The notes beneath the pieces were generated by a model. That model saw only the letters and a program-made list of their open reading frames with translations. It had not been told where the DNA came from and searched no databases. Both the position numbers and the translations under genes were made by a program. DNA of 19,532 nucleotides from a virus. The stretch is from the IMG/VR virus record IMGVR_UViG_3300025897_000003, one strand, 5' to 3'. Below, one piece after another: positions 1 through 6,769 of the stretch (position 1 is its first letter; each line of letters starts with the position of its first letter).

Positions 1-99
1 AGCTCGACAGCGATTTCTGCGCCTCGAGCGAACACGGGCAGCAGTTTGCGGGCCATCGTTTCTTTGACTTCGCCGACTGCTGCTTTGAGCTTGTTTTGT
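1..99. repeat. Terminal overlap copy A, an exact duplicate of 19434-19532 (circular or concatemeric assembly signature)
   Basis: Read directly: agctcgacagcgatttctgc...tgctttgagcttgttttgt is present at both window ends, 99/99 identical. It lies inside the tape measure ORF, so it is not a biological terminus. Confidence 0.95.
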
Positions 100-803
100 G
101 CTGCGGTGAGGTCGTTGCCGCCCTCGGCGTAGGCCGCTTGAGCGTCGGTTGATTTCTCAAGAATGAGCTGCTGGGTGGCGAGGGCTTTGTCCATCGCTGT
201 GATGGCGTCGCGCCCGTCGGCTTGCGCAATGTTCATTGCACGCTGGTCGACTTCGGCTTGATTGATCGAAATGCCAAGCGTTTTGAGGCTGTCGCGTTCG
301 CCGAGCAGCGCTTTCTGCAAGATTTCGGCGGTTTCTTCAACGGATCGCTGGCCGCCTGACCATTCGGACAATGCGCCCGACAGCCCAACGACTTCGGTGG
401 CAATGTTGGCGGCTTCATCGGCTGTGAAACCCATCGGTTTCAGCAGGTCGCCGGCGTTCGCTGCAAGCCCGGCCGCTTGGGTCGATGTCAGGCCCATGCG
501 GGCGGCTACCTCGTCGGCCCAGCCGGTTACCTGCTCGAGCGACTGGCCCGAGAACACGGTGCCGATCTTCTGGTCAAGTCCCAGCAGTTCTTCGCCTAAA
601 TCGAAAAGCTGTTTGCCGCCGACAACAGCGAGACCGCCAGCAGCGCCCGCCATGAGACCGAAGCCTTTTATGACGTTGGTCGAAACGGTGCCTATTTTGC
701 TGCTGAGCGTGCCGAGCTTGTCGTTGGCTTCGCCGACGGCTTTCTTGAACTTGCGAGAGTCGCCCAGAATCGCGACGTTGATAACGCTAGTTCCAGCAGC
801 CAT
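1..803 (-). CDS. Tail tape measure protein, 5' part (start ATG at 803; continues through the junction into 19532->18374; 620 aa in total)
   Basis: The track does not list this as a minus-strand ORF. My translation 803->1 is MAAGTSVINVAILGDSRKFKKAVGEANDKLGTLSSKIGTV...KLKAAVGEVKETMARKLLPVFARGAEIAVEL with no stop. The last residues equal the start of ORF 18374..19489, and the frame is continuous across the 99-bp overlap. AGGA lies about 8 nt upstream of the ATG. The N-terminal region resembles the TP901-type tape measure core. Confidence 0.9.
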   Translation of the reverse strand, partial: MAAGTSVINVAILGDSRKFKKAVGEANDKLGTLSSKIGTVSTNVIKGFGLMAGAAGGLAVVGGKQLFDLGEELLGLDQKIGTVFSGQSLEQVTGWADEVAARMGLTSTQAAGLAANAGDLLKPMGFTADEAANIATEVVGLSGALSEWSGGQRSVEETAEILQKALLGERDSLKTLGISINQAEVDQRAMNIAQADGRDAITAMDKALATQQLILEKSTDAQAAYAEGGNDLTAAQNKLKAAVGEVKETMARKLLPVFARGAEIAVE

Positions 804-812
804 GACGTAATC

Positions 813-1205
813 CTAGAACGCCTTCCGGATGATCTCTCGGACTTCGCGGTTGTACGTGTCGACGACTTCTTGGCGGCGATCGTCGAGCGCTTCGTACATG
901 AAAGGCTGCGGGCGTATGCCTCGAGCGCCCCAGCCAAAATGGGTCGGGCCAGCGTATGGCACCGAGGTCGGGCCGCTTTTCCGGTTGTTGCCGGCACGTA
1001 CACGCGCAGCGGTTTTGGTGCCTGATCCACGAATAGATCGCTGGAGGCGACCCGACCGCACTGGCACTTTCGTTTTGGCTGTGCCAGCGACGTCGTCGGC
1101 TAGGCGTTTGTGGAGGCCTTTCAAGTCGCTCATATCGTCGCCGATCTCGCGAAACGCGCGCCTCGTCTCGCGTGCGCCCTCTACTCTTATCGCTGGCTGT
1201 GCCAT
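813..1205 (-). CDS. HK97 gp10-family protein (neck / tail-completion type)
   Basis: 130 aa. The pattern VPVRSGRLQRSIRGSG...ARVRAG...VPYAGPTHFGW...RPQPFMYEAL matches the HK97 gp10 family signature (P-x-x-tG-x-L-x-x-S, YA-x-x-x-E/H-fG, pqPF). The ATG overlaps the stop of the upstream frameshift extension. Confidence 0.75.
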   Translation of the reverse strand: MAQPAIRVEGARETRRAFREIGDDMSDLKGLHKRLADDVAGTAKTKVPVRSGRLQRSIRGSGTKTAARVRAGNNRKSGPTSVPYAGPTHFGWGARGIRPQPFMYEALDDRRQEVVDTYNREVREIIRKAF

Positions 1206-1369
1206 CAGCGCCTCCTAGAGGCTTTCTCACGCTCTCGTTGTTGTTCGGCCAGTATGGCCCGAAGTGCCCGTATGACCTTCGGAGAGGCTGCCTCAAGCTC
1301 GCTGATCGGTTGCCCCGTGGCGAGGGCTAACGCTGCTAGCTGGTAGGCGGCCCCTCGTCGGCTAAAGGG
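1205..1369 (-). CDS. -1 frameshift extension of the tail chaperone (gpGT-like fusion C-terminus)
   Basis: The -1 frame reads ...SRRGAAYQLAALALATGQPISELEAASPKVIRALRAILAEQQREREKASRRR*. It opens only 3 codons before the slippery site and has no ATG/GTG/TTG start. Its TGA overlaps the ATG of the next gene. Confidence 0.6.
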   Translation of the reverse strand, partial: PFSRRGAAYQLAALALATGQPISELEAASPKVIRALRAILAEQQREREKASRRR

Positions 1370-1626
1370 CGATCGTTGTCAGTCTCGAAGTCCATGTCAA
1401 CAAGCTGATCGCAGAACTTGCTGAACGTTGGAACGGTCATACCCTCACGTCGCCGGCATTGCCACGCCAGCCACGTCAGATGTTCGACTTTCATTCGTTG
1501 CAACGCTTCAATGCCGCTGTCGAGCTTGAAATAGAGCTCCATCTGCAACAGGGTCCCCATGTTTGGGTTACTGCGGATGGCCTCATCCTCGCCTTCCAGT
1601 CTTGTCGTTATCGACACGTCGAGCAT
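1336..1626 (-). CDS. Tail assembly chaperone (gpG-like, zero-frame product)
   Basis: 96 aa with an acidic C-terminus, located directly after the major tail protein. A canonical slippery heptamer lies near its 3' end. Confidence 0.65.
   Translation of the reverse strand: MLDVSITTRLEGEDEAIRSNPNMGTLLQMELYFKLDSGIEALQRMKVEHLTWLAWQCRRREGMTVPTFSKFCDQLVDMDFETDNDRPLADEGPPTS
1363..1369 (-). promoter_or_regulatory. Programmed -1 ribosomal frameshift slippery heptamer C CCU UUA
   Basis: Minus-strand CGC CCT TTA fits the X XXY YYZ pattern in the correct zero-frame phase. A possible stimulatory stem (CGAGGG 1352-1357 pairing with CCCTCG 1321-1326) starts 5 nt downstream. Confidence 0.6.
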
Positions 1627-1642
1627 GAGTGCTCACTTTCTG

Positions 1643-2050
1643 CTATGCGATAGTGGTCGTTACCGGTCCGCTCATCGGCCAGGTCACCGAGATCGTTGCG
1701 AGGTCAGCGACGCCGCCGTCAATAAACGGCGTTTCGGTGACGAGGCACGAAACAGACTTCTTCGGGTTTTCTGCTGACAATGCGCCTGAGGTTGGCGTGA
1801 CTTCGACAGTGGTCGTCGTGCCGAGCAGCGCGTCGATCGTGGCGTACACCTCAGAAGCAGCGAAATCCTGCAAAAACTCGATGCTGACGCTGCCATCCTG
1901 CAAACCGCCGATGCGGGTAATATTTGAGTCGCCCATTGCCGTTGTATCGAGCTCGGCGGCGCTGGTGGTAAACGTGACGCTGGTGACGTGGTCAGTGAGG
2001 TCGACCGCGTTGACGGTGACCTGGACGTCGTTTTGGTTGAACACGGCCAT
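1643..2050 (-). CDS. Major tail (tube) protein
   Basis: 135 aa and beta-rich (MAVFNQNDVQVTVNAVDLTDHVTSVTFTTSAAELDTTAMGDS...GGLQDGSVSIEFLQDF), resembling small siphovirus tube proteins. It sits directly upstream of the chaperone pair. Confidence 0.7.
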   Translation of the reverse strand: MAVFNQNDVQVTVNAVDLTDHVTSVTFTTSAAELDTTAMGDSNITRIGGLQDGSVSIEFLQDFAASEVYATIDALLGTTTTVEVTPTSGALSAENPKKSVSCLVTETPFIDGGVADLATISVTWPMSGPVTTTIA

Positions 2051-2227
2051 TTAGTCGGCCTCACTTTCTTCTGGTGCCGACTTTCGGCTTTTCTTAGGTT
2101 CGTCTGCGGTCAGATGGCCGCCGGCGATTAGTGCGGGCACGTTTGCGCCCTTGAGGTCGTCATCGGTGACCGTGTCGCCGAGCTCGTGGCCGGCGAGGCG
2201 GTGAGAGGTGACGGTGTATTTGGTCAT
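2051..2227 (-). CDS. Hypothetical 58-aa protein in the head-tail joining block
   Basis: I prefer the internal ATG at 2227 (ATGA overlap with the upstream stop) over the track start at 2281. The product is MTKYTVTSHRLAGHELGDTVTDDDLKGANVPALIAGGHLTADEPKK..., with high third-position GC. The stop abuts the major tail protein ATG. Confidence 0.6.
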   Translation of the reverse strand: MTKYTVTSHRLAGHELGDTVTDDDLKGANVPALIAGGHLTADEPKKSRKSAPEESEAD

Positions 2228-2649
2228 CTGGCGTGTACCTCCACGAGAAAGCGTGCGCCGACGTAGGCGCTGTCTGCCCACTCTACTATTCCGTAGTCGG
2301 TTGCCTGTGTGACCTGCGACGTGAGCGCTGACCCGTCGAGGGTTGGGTCGGCTTCGATCGCTGCCGGTACGGACCCGGTGCCCGAAATGAGGGCGTCTAG
2401 GGCGTTTTGGGAGTATTCCTCGGCCATGTTCTGCAACATGACGACGATCTCAAACCGGAACGCTGTGAGGCTGCCGGCGGTGCCCGTCATTGATTCGTGA
2501 TAGGTGGCGATCGGGCGGGCCGGTACGACAACAGCCGACGGGACCGTAACCGAACCGGGCACCGTGTCGTAGACGGTGAGGAAGGGTGTAGCGGTGACGG
2601 CCTCGAGGCGTGTCGCCAGCCCGGCACGGATCGCTGCGTAGTTCGCCAC
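2224..2649 (-). CDS. Neck / tail-terminator-like protein (DUF3168-like pattern), 141 aa
   Basis: A GTG at 2649 overlaps the adaptor TAG (TAGTG). The upstream part of track ORF 2224..2850 is an R/P-rich out-of-frame overlap with the adaptor gene. Function is inferred from size, position and loose pattern only. Confidence 0.5.
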   Translation of the reverse strand: MANYAAIRAGLATRLEAVTATPFLTVYDTVPGSVTVPSAVVVPARPIATYHESMTGTAGSLTAFRFEIVVMLQNMAEEYSQNALDALISGTGSVPAAIEADPTLDGSALTSQVTQATDYGIVEWADSAYVGARFLVEVHAR

Positions 2650-3239
2650 TATGCGACGCCGATGCGTTTGTGAGGCTGTAGCAGGGCTGCCACGTCGGGG
2701 TCGGTTCGTGAAATGCGGGCGATGCCGTAATCGGAGAAACCGGTGACGATGCCGAGGGGCGACGCTTTGCGCTGGTACAGGCGGGCGGCGAGGATCAGCG
2801 AAGCCTGCTGGATGCCGTAGGGCACGCCGGTGCTGATCTGGTCGCCCCACGCCGCTGTCACCTGGATTGCTGGGCGCTGCGACGAGTACCTCGGCCAGTC
2901 GCCGCCAACGTTCAACAGAGCGTTGTATGGCGGCAGGTTGAACGGTTGCACCACGAAATCGACCGTGATTGTCAACGTCGTGTCATAGGTGCCGTCGTTC
3001 GACGTGTCCGTTTTGACGATCAGGCCGGCGGTCGTGTTGAACCGATCTACGAGCAGCAGGTCAGGGTCGCCGGCTGAGAACACACGCGCCTCGCTAACCG
3101 TCTCGAAAGTCTCGTTGCAGTACCCGTCGACGAGCTCCTGGGCGGCGTTTATAGCTGCCGTGAGAGGCGTATCTTCCGACGTGGTCCCGTACGGGATCGC
3201 GAGGTAGTCCTTAAGGATTGCGAGCGTCGTGTAGGCCAT
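2649..3239 (-). CDS. Head-tail adaptor (gp6-like connector N-terminus, extended)
   Basis: The N-terminus MAYTTLAILKDYLAIPYGTTSEDTPLTAAINAAQELVDGYCN matches the phage gp6-like head-tail connector motif (t-l-x-x-lK-x-yL-x-i...D...l...i-x-aA). It sits downstream of the capsid gene. Confidence 0.65.
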   Translation of the reverse strand: MAYTTLAILKDYLAIPYGTTSEDTPLTAAINAAQELVDGYCNETFETVSEARVFSAGDPDLLLVDRFNTTAGLIVKTDTSNDGTYDTTLTITVDFVVQPFNLPPYNALLNVGGDWPRYSSQRPAIQVTAAWGDQISTGVPYGIQQASLILAARLYQRKASPLGIVTGFSDYGIARISRTDPDVAALLQPHKRIGVA

Positions 3240-3242
3240 TGG

Positions 3243-3356
3243 CTATTTGGCGACTTTCTTCGCTGCTTTCTTGGCTGGCTTTTCGGCTGGTGCCGGCGCG
3301 GCCTCGGCGGCTGGTTTTTGCACTCGTGACGGTGCCTGCTTTTCCCAAAGATTCAT
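3243..3356 (-). CDS. Possible 37-aa Lys/Ala/Pro-rich micro-protein
   Basis: Not in the track (below 60 aa). The product is MNLWEKQAPSRVQKPAAEAAPAPAEKPAKKAAKKVAK*. It fills the capsid-adaptor gap and ends 3 nt before the adaptor ATG. Third-position GC is only moderate, so it is tentative. Confidence 0.3.
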   Translation of the reverse strand: MNLWEKQAPSRVQKPAAEAAPAPAEKPAKKAAKKVAK

Positions 3357-3385
3357 CGGGGAAGCCTTTCGGAGTGGGTGCTGCC

Positions 3386-3422
3386 CGAGGCCCTAGCGGA
3401 GACTGGATGCCGTAGGGCCTCG
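3386..3422 (-). terminator. GC-rich stem-loop just downstream of the major capsid gene (attenuator or mRNA-stabiliser candidate, no U-tract)
   Basis: cgaggcccta (3386-3395) pairs perfectly with tagggcctcg (3413-3422). There are 3 further bp (3397-3399 with 3410-3412), one bulge and a 10-nt loop. It starts about 20 nt after the capsid stop. Confidence 0.4.
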
Positions 3423-3441
3423 AGCAGCGAGCGGGTGACCT

Positions 3442-4794
3442 TTAGAAGGTCGGGGTGACGAGGCCGGTGCCGGAGATGACCGAGATGCTTGCCGGGTAGC
3501 GGCCTGCAATGAAGCAGGCGTACTGGTAAGCGACCATCGTGACGGTCAGGTTCAGGCCGGCGGTCTGGTCCATTCGGACAAGCGCCGGGCTGCCAGCGTC
3601 CTCGAACAGCAGCATGTCGGCACGGCGAACGATGTAGATCTCGTCCTCATCTGTGCCTGCGCCTGCGTTGGTGACGACGTTGGCGTCGGTGACGACCGGA
3701 AGGCCAGCGATCGACGCTCCGGTGTTGCCGTAACCGGCGACCGGTCCGACACCCATAGCGTTCGAGGGAACGTTCTGAGCCGGAACGACCAAAGGCCGGT
3801 TGCTTGAGTCGACGCCTGCCTGCATGAACGCAAGACGACGCGGATGCATGACGATCAGGTCAGCGCCGGCGTACCGGTTGCTGTTGACCTGCTGAATGCC
3901 GTCCACGATCTTCGAGTAGAGCTCGGCGGCGGTCGGCGAGGCGTCGGTGTAGGTGACGCCGTTGGTGCCGGACACGTTGGTCAAGCCGAGAAGCTGACCG
4001 GATGCGCCTGTGCCGTTGAGGAGCTGGTTATCGAGGGTGGTCGCCATCGCGCCCATCATGTCGGCCGCCACTAGGGCGTCGACGCCGGTGCCACGCTCGA
4101 TCGCCTGACGGCTGAGCTGCTGACCTGCGGCAATGGTGCGCACGTCCACGGTGAGAAGCGTGTCGTCGATGTCCGTCTCGGATACTGCCGTGTTTTCTGG
4201 ATTTTGGACCGCTGCCGAAGCGCCCGTTGTAACCCTGCTTATGTTGATGGAAAGCCCGTCGGCGGGCAGCGGAAGGCCGGTGCATTGGTCGGCGAAAGGC
4301 CGGCCGGCGCGTGCCAGGTCTGCTGCGAGCTGCGTCAGGTACTGCGGGACGACGAGACCAGCGAAGTTGGCGGTCGTGCCGTCGCGATGCTCAACAGCCA
4401 TTTCCTCACGGTGACGGCGAAGCCGGTCGGTGGCCTCGAGGTCGCCGTAAACCTGGCTGTGGTACATGTCCGAGAAGAAGCTGTGCGAGCGTGCCTCGGA
4501 GTAGGTGAGCGGTTCGTCTTTGACGTGAACGACGCCGGCAGCCGACCGTGATTCGGGGTCAGGCGTTGCCGCAACTTCGGCGCGCATCGCTGCGGCTTCA
4601 AGGTTAGAAACCTGGAGCTCGCGCAGTTCGGTGATGCGAACGTCGAGGGCGTCGGCCCGCTGCTTGATGTCGTTGAGGTTGGCGTCCTCGGTTTCGGTGA
4701 GGTCGCGATGGTCGTCGGCGGCACGGGTGAGGATGCCTTCGACGGTTTCGGTGAGCTCGGCGCGTTCGGCGACGAGCTGATCGAGGAGACGCAT
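3442..4794 (-). CDS. Major capsid protein, HK97 fold, with an N-terminal delta/scaffold-like coiled coil
   Basis: 450 aa. The N-terminus is a charged coiled coil (MRLLDQLVAERAELTETVEG...RITELRELQ). The body is typical of the Phage_capsid family. It follows the prohead protease. GAAGGGA is the RBS upstream. Confidence 0.9.
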   Translation of the reverse strand: MRLLDQLVAERAELTETVEGILTRAADDHRDLTETEDANLNDIKQRADALDVRITELRELQVSNLEAAAMRAEVAATPDPESRSAAGVVHVKDEPLTYSEARSHSFFSDMYHSQVYGDLEATDRLRRHREEMAVEHRDGTTANFAGLVVPQYLTQLAADLARAGRPFADQCTGLPLPADGLSINISRVTTGASAAVQNPENTAVSETDIDDTLLTVDVRTIAAGQQLSRQAIERGTGVDALVAADMMGAMATTLDNQLLNGTGASGQLLGLTNVSGTNGVTYTDASPTAAELYSKIVDGIQQVNSNRYAGADLIVMHPRRLAFMQAGVDSSNRPLVVPAQNVPSNAMGVGPVAGYGNTGASIAGLPVVTDANVVTNAGAGTDEDEIYIVRRADMLLFEDAGSPALVRMDQTAGLNLTVTMVAYQYACFIAGRYPASISVISGTGLVTPTF

Positions 4795-4929
4795 GTGCGT
4801 AGTTTCCCTTCGGGTCGGTTGTCGTGGTCCGTCGGGTGCCTGCGAGGTGCCGGGAGCTACCGGGCGGCGTCACGGGCGGCGCGTCGTGTTTTGATGTTAC
4901 CGCACGGCGTTAGCCGGCGGCGGGAATTG

Positions 4930-5553
4930 TCAGAGAAGGAAATGGGCGCGCTGGCGGGCGAGGCGTGGCGCGTGTTCGGCGTCGTCTGGGTCGAAGTGGC
5001 GCATAGCAACGACTCGGGCCTCGTCGTAGGCCGGTGTCTGTACAAACCCGACGTGGTCGAGGCGGGCCTCGAGGCGCACGATGTGCTGGCGGTCGCCTCG
5101 CATCTCGGACCGGTTACGTATCGGGATGAAGCCGACCGACAGACCTGACACCATGCCGACTTGGGCGAGGCGCAAGACTTCCTCGGCGCGTGATGTAGGT
5201 GCCATCCGAAAGTCGGCTACGAGCCCGTCGTTTGTGTTTTGCCAGTCTGTAGACATTCCGACCGGCAACTGGTCACGGGTGGCGTGTTCGATGTAGAGCG
5301 GCACCGTTTTTGCTCGTTCGGCGAGCGTTTTGGTGAATGCGCCACGGTGGAACGATTCGGTGACGCCGTTCGGCATTTGGTATTGGCCGGCCCAGGGCAC
5401 GACAACGCCGACGAGGTGGCGGAAACCGTCCTCGTCGTCGCGTGTTTCAATGCCGTCGAGCGGAACGGTTCGGTTTTCGACTTCGCTGATTCGTCCGTTG
5501 TTGACGAACGCCGAGTGTGGGAACAGTTCGGCTGTGCTGCTGATTTCGATCAT
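4930..5553 (-). CDS. Prohead maturation protease (HK97 / peptidase S78 family)
   Basis: 207 aa with PLYIEH (catalytic His context), GLSVGF (Ser context) and a VGFVQTPAYDEA tail. ATGA overlap with the portal stop. Confidence 0.85.
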   Translation of the reverse strand: MIEISSTAELFPHSAFVNNGRISEVENRTVPLDGIETRDDEDGFRHLVGVVVPWAGQYQMPNGVTESFHRGAFTKTLAERAKTVPLYIEHATRDQLPVGMSTDWQNTNDGLVADFRMAPTSRAEEVLRLAQVGMVSGLSVGFIPIRNRSEMRGDRQHIVRLEARLDHVGFVQTPAYDEARVVAMRHFDPDDAEHAPRLARQRAHFLL

Positions 5554-6626
5554 TCTGGCCCCATTCCTTCCAGAGCTCGGATTTCGTCGACAGTCATGAA
5601 ACCGGCGCGTAGGGCGATCTCGTGCGCCTGGTAACGCTCAAGGGTCGCTGCCCGTAGCAGGGCATCCATATTGAACAGCGCCCGTTGGCCTCGAGGTAGC
5701 AGCGTCGACAGCGATTGCTCGATCTTTACTGCGAGGGGCCGCAGCGTGAACCGAACAAAGAATGCCGAGTCCTGTTGGACGTTGGAATACGTTTTGGAGT
5801 CGGTCGTCGGCACGCCGACGAGGTGCGGGTTTACGCCGAACAGCGTGCACACCTGCAAAGCGTTGTAGCGGCGGGAGTCGAGCAGTTCCATGTCGACCGA
5901 GGAGAACTCAAGCGGCTGGTATTTGACGCCGCCCGACAGAACAGCTGGGCCTCGTTGGCGGCCGCCGTTGCCAGCAATCCACGCCTGTTTGAGCTCTACG
6001 GCTTGGTCGCTGGTGAGCTCGTTGTCTGACATGAGCACGCCGTCGGGTAGCGCTCCGGTCGTGAACATGCCTGAGGCGTATTGGTCGCCGGCAATCGACT
6101 GCGCGATCATTTGCCGGTTGTAGTCAAGCGGGCCGAGGCCGACGACGTGACCGGGCAACGTAAAGTTCCGAATGTGCAGGACGTCCTCGACTGGGATTTC
6201 GCCTCGGCTGGTGCGGTATCTCGGGATCCCGTTTTGGACGGTGACTTGGATCGCTTGCGGGTCTAGTAGCACCATTGCCTGCGGAAAACCAAGCGAGTCT
6301 CGCTGACCGAGCAGAATGTAGGCGTTGCCGTTTACGAGCATCGACACGACCAGCGACGACATGAAATCGGTGTAGGTGCGGTCAGGTTCGGGTATCCGCA
6401 ACAAAGTCGGCGTCGGGACGCGTTCGCCGTTGCGTTCTACGTGCATTGGCATCGCGCCAATCTGGTCCGAAATCAGAGCGACGCAGCGGTTCGCCACAAC
6501 GTTCGACAGCAGCGTGTCACGGGTAACTGAGATCGGCCCAGTGATGGCCTGCGACGTCAGCGACCTCGGAGGCAGCTCAATCGTTGTAGACCGTGTTTCG
6601 GTGCGGCGGAACAGTTCGCCGATCAT
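5550..6626 (-). CDS. Portal protein (HK97-type Phage_portal family)
   Basis: 358 aa with LVNGNAYILL, FTTGALPDGVL, LFGVNPHLVGVP and TLRPL motifs characteristic of HK97-family portals. It lies between terminase and protease. Confidence 0.9.
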   Translation of the reverse strand: MIGELFRRTETRSTTIELPPRSLTSQAITGPISVTRDTLLSNVVANRCVALISDQIGAMPMHVERNGERVPTPTLLRIPEPDRTYTDFMSSLVVSMLVNGNAYILLGQRDSLGFPQAMVLLDPQAIQVTVQNGIPRYRTSRGEIPVEDVLHIRNFTLPGHVVGLGPLDYNRQMIAQSIAGDQYASGMFTTGALPDGVLMSDNELTSDQAVELKQAWIAGNGGRQRGPAVLSGGVKYQPLEFSSVDMELLDSRRYNALQVCTLFGVNPHLVGVPTTDSKTYSNVQQDSAFFVRFTLRPLAVKIEQSLSTLLPRGQRALFNMDALLRAATLERYQAHEIALRAGFMTVDEIRALEGMGPE

Positions 6627-6769
6627 TGGTTACCAGCCTCGAGGGCGGTGGAAACAATTACGACAGCGACGCCGGCAGCAGTCAGAGACGCGTAGACGTT
6701 CTCGGTGGCGAGGCCGATGCCGACCACTGAGGTGATTAGGCCGGCGGCCTGTGCAAGGGCGTGTTTCAT
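6623..6769 (-). CDS. 48-aa hydrophobic micro-ORF (two predicted membrane helices) between terminase and portal
   Basis: Not in the track. The product is MKHALAQAAGLITSVVGIGLATENVYASLTAAGVAVVIVSTALEAGNQ*. The ATG directly follows the terminase TAG, and the TGA overlaps the portal ATG (ATGA). Confidence 0.5.
   Translation of the reverse strand: MKHALAQAAGLITSVVGIGLATENVYASLTAAGVAVVIVSTALEAGNQ

Noticed and set aside
1-99. The 99-bp terminal direct repeat as a biological DTR, LTR or mobile-element boundary
   Set aside because: It lies in the middle of the tape measure ORF and the frame reads through it. It is an assembly overlap indicating circular closure, not a packaging terminus.
787-1296. 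169-aa minus ORF overlapping the gp10-like gene in another frame; also internal ORFs within the capsid, portal and terminase genes
   Set aside because: They are out-of-frame shadows with extreme Arg/Pro/Ser content. The overlapping frames carry clear family motifs.
262-2054. Plus-strand track ORFs (262..810, 829..1218, 1110..1346, 1459..1653, 1629..2054) and similar ones throughout
   Set aside because: They are antisense to well-supported minus-strand genes. They have S/R/P/A-rich low-complexity translations typical of shadow frames in GC-rich DNA, and no motifs or RBS.
2650-2850. Long N-terminal extensions of track ORFs (2224..2850; also 8364..8924, 8708..9211, 12331..12672, 2051..2281)
   Set aside because: The extensions overlap neighbouring genes out of frame and translate to R/P-rich strings. 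Internal starts with ATGA, GTGA or TAGTG coupling to the upstream stop give compact, plausible proteins.
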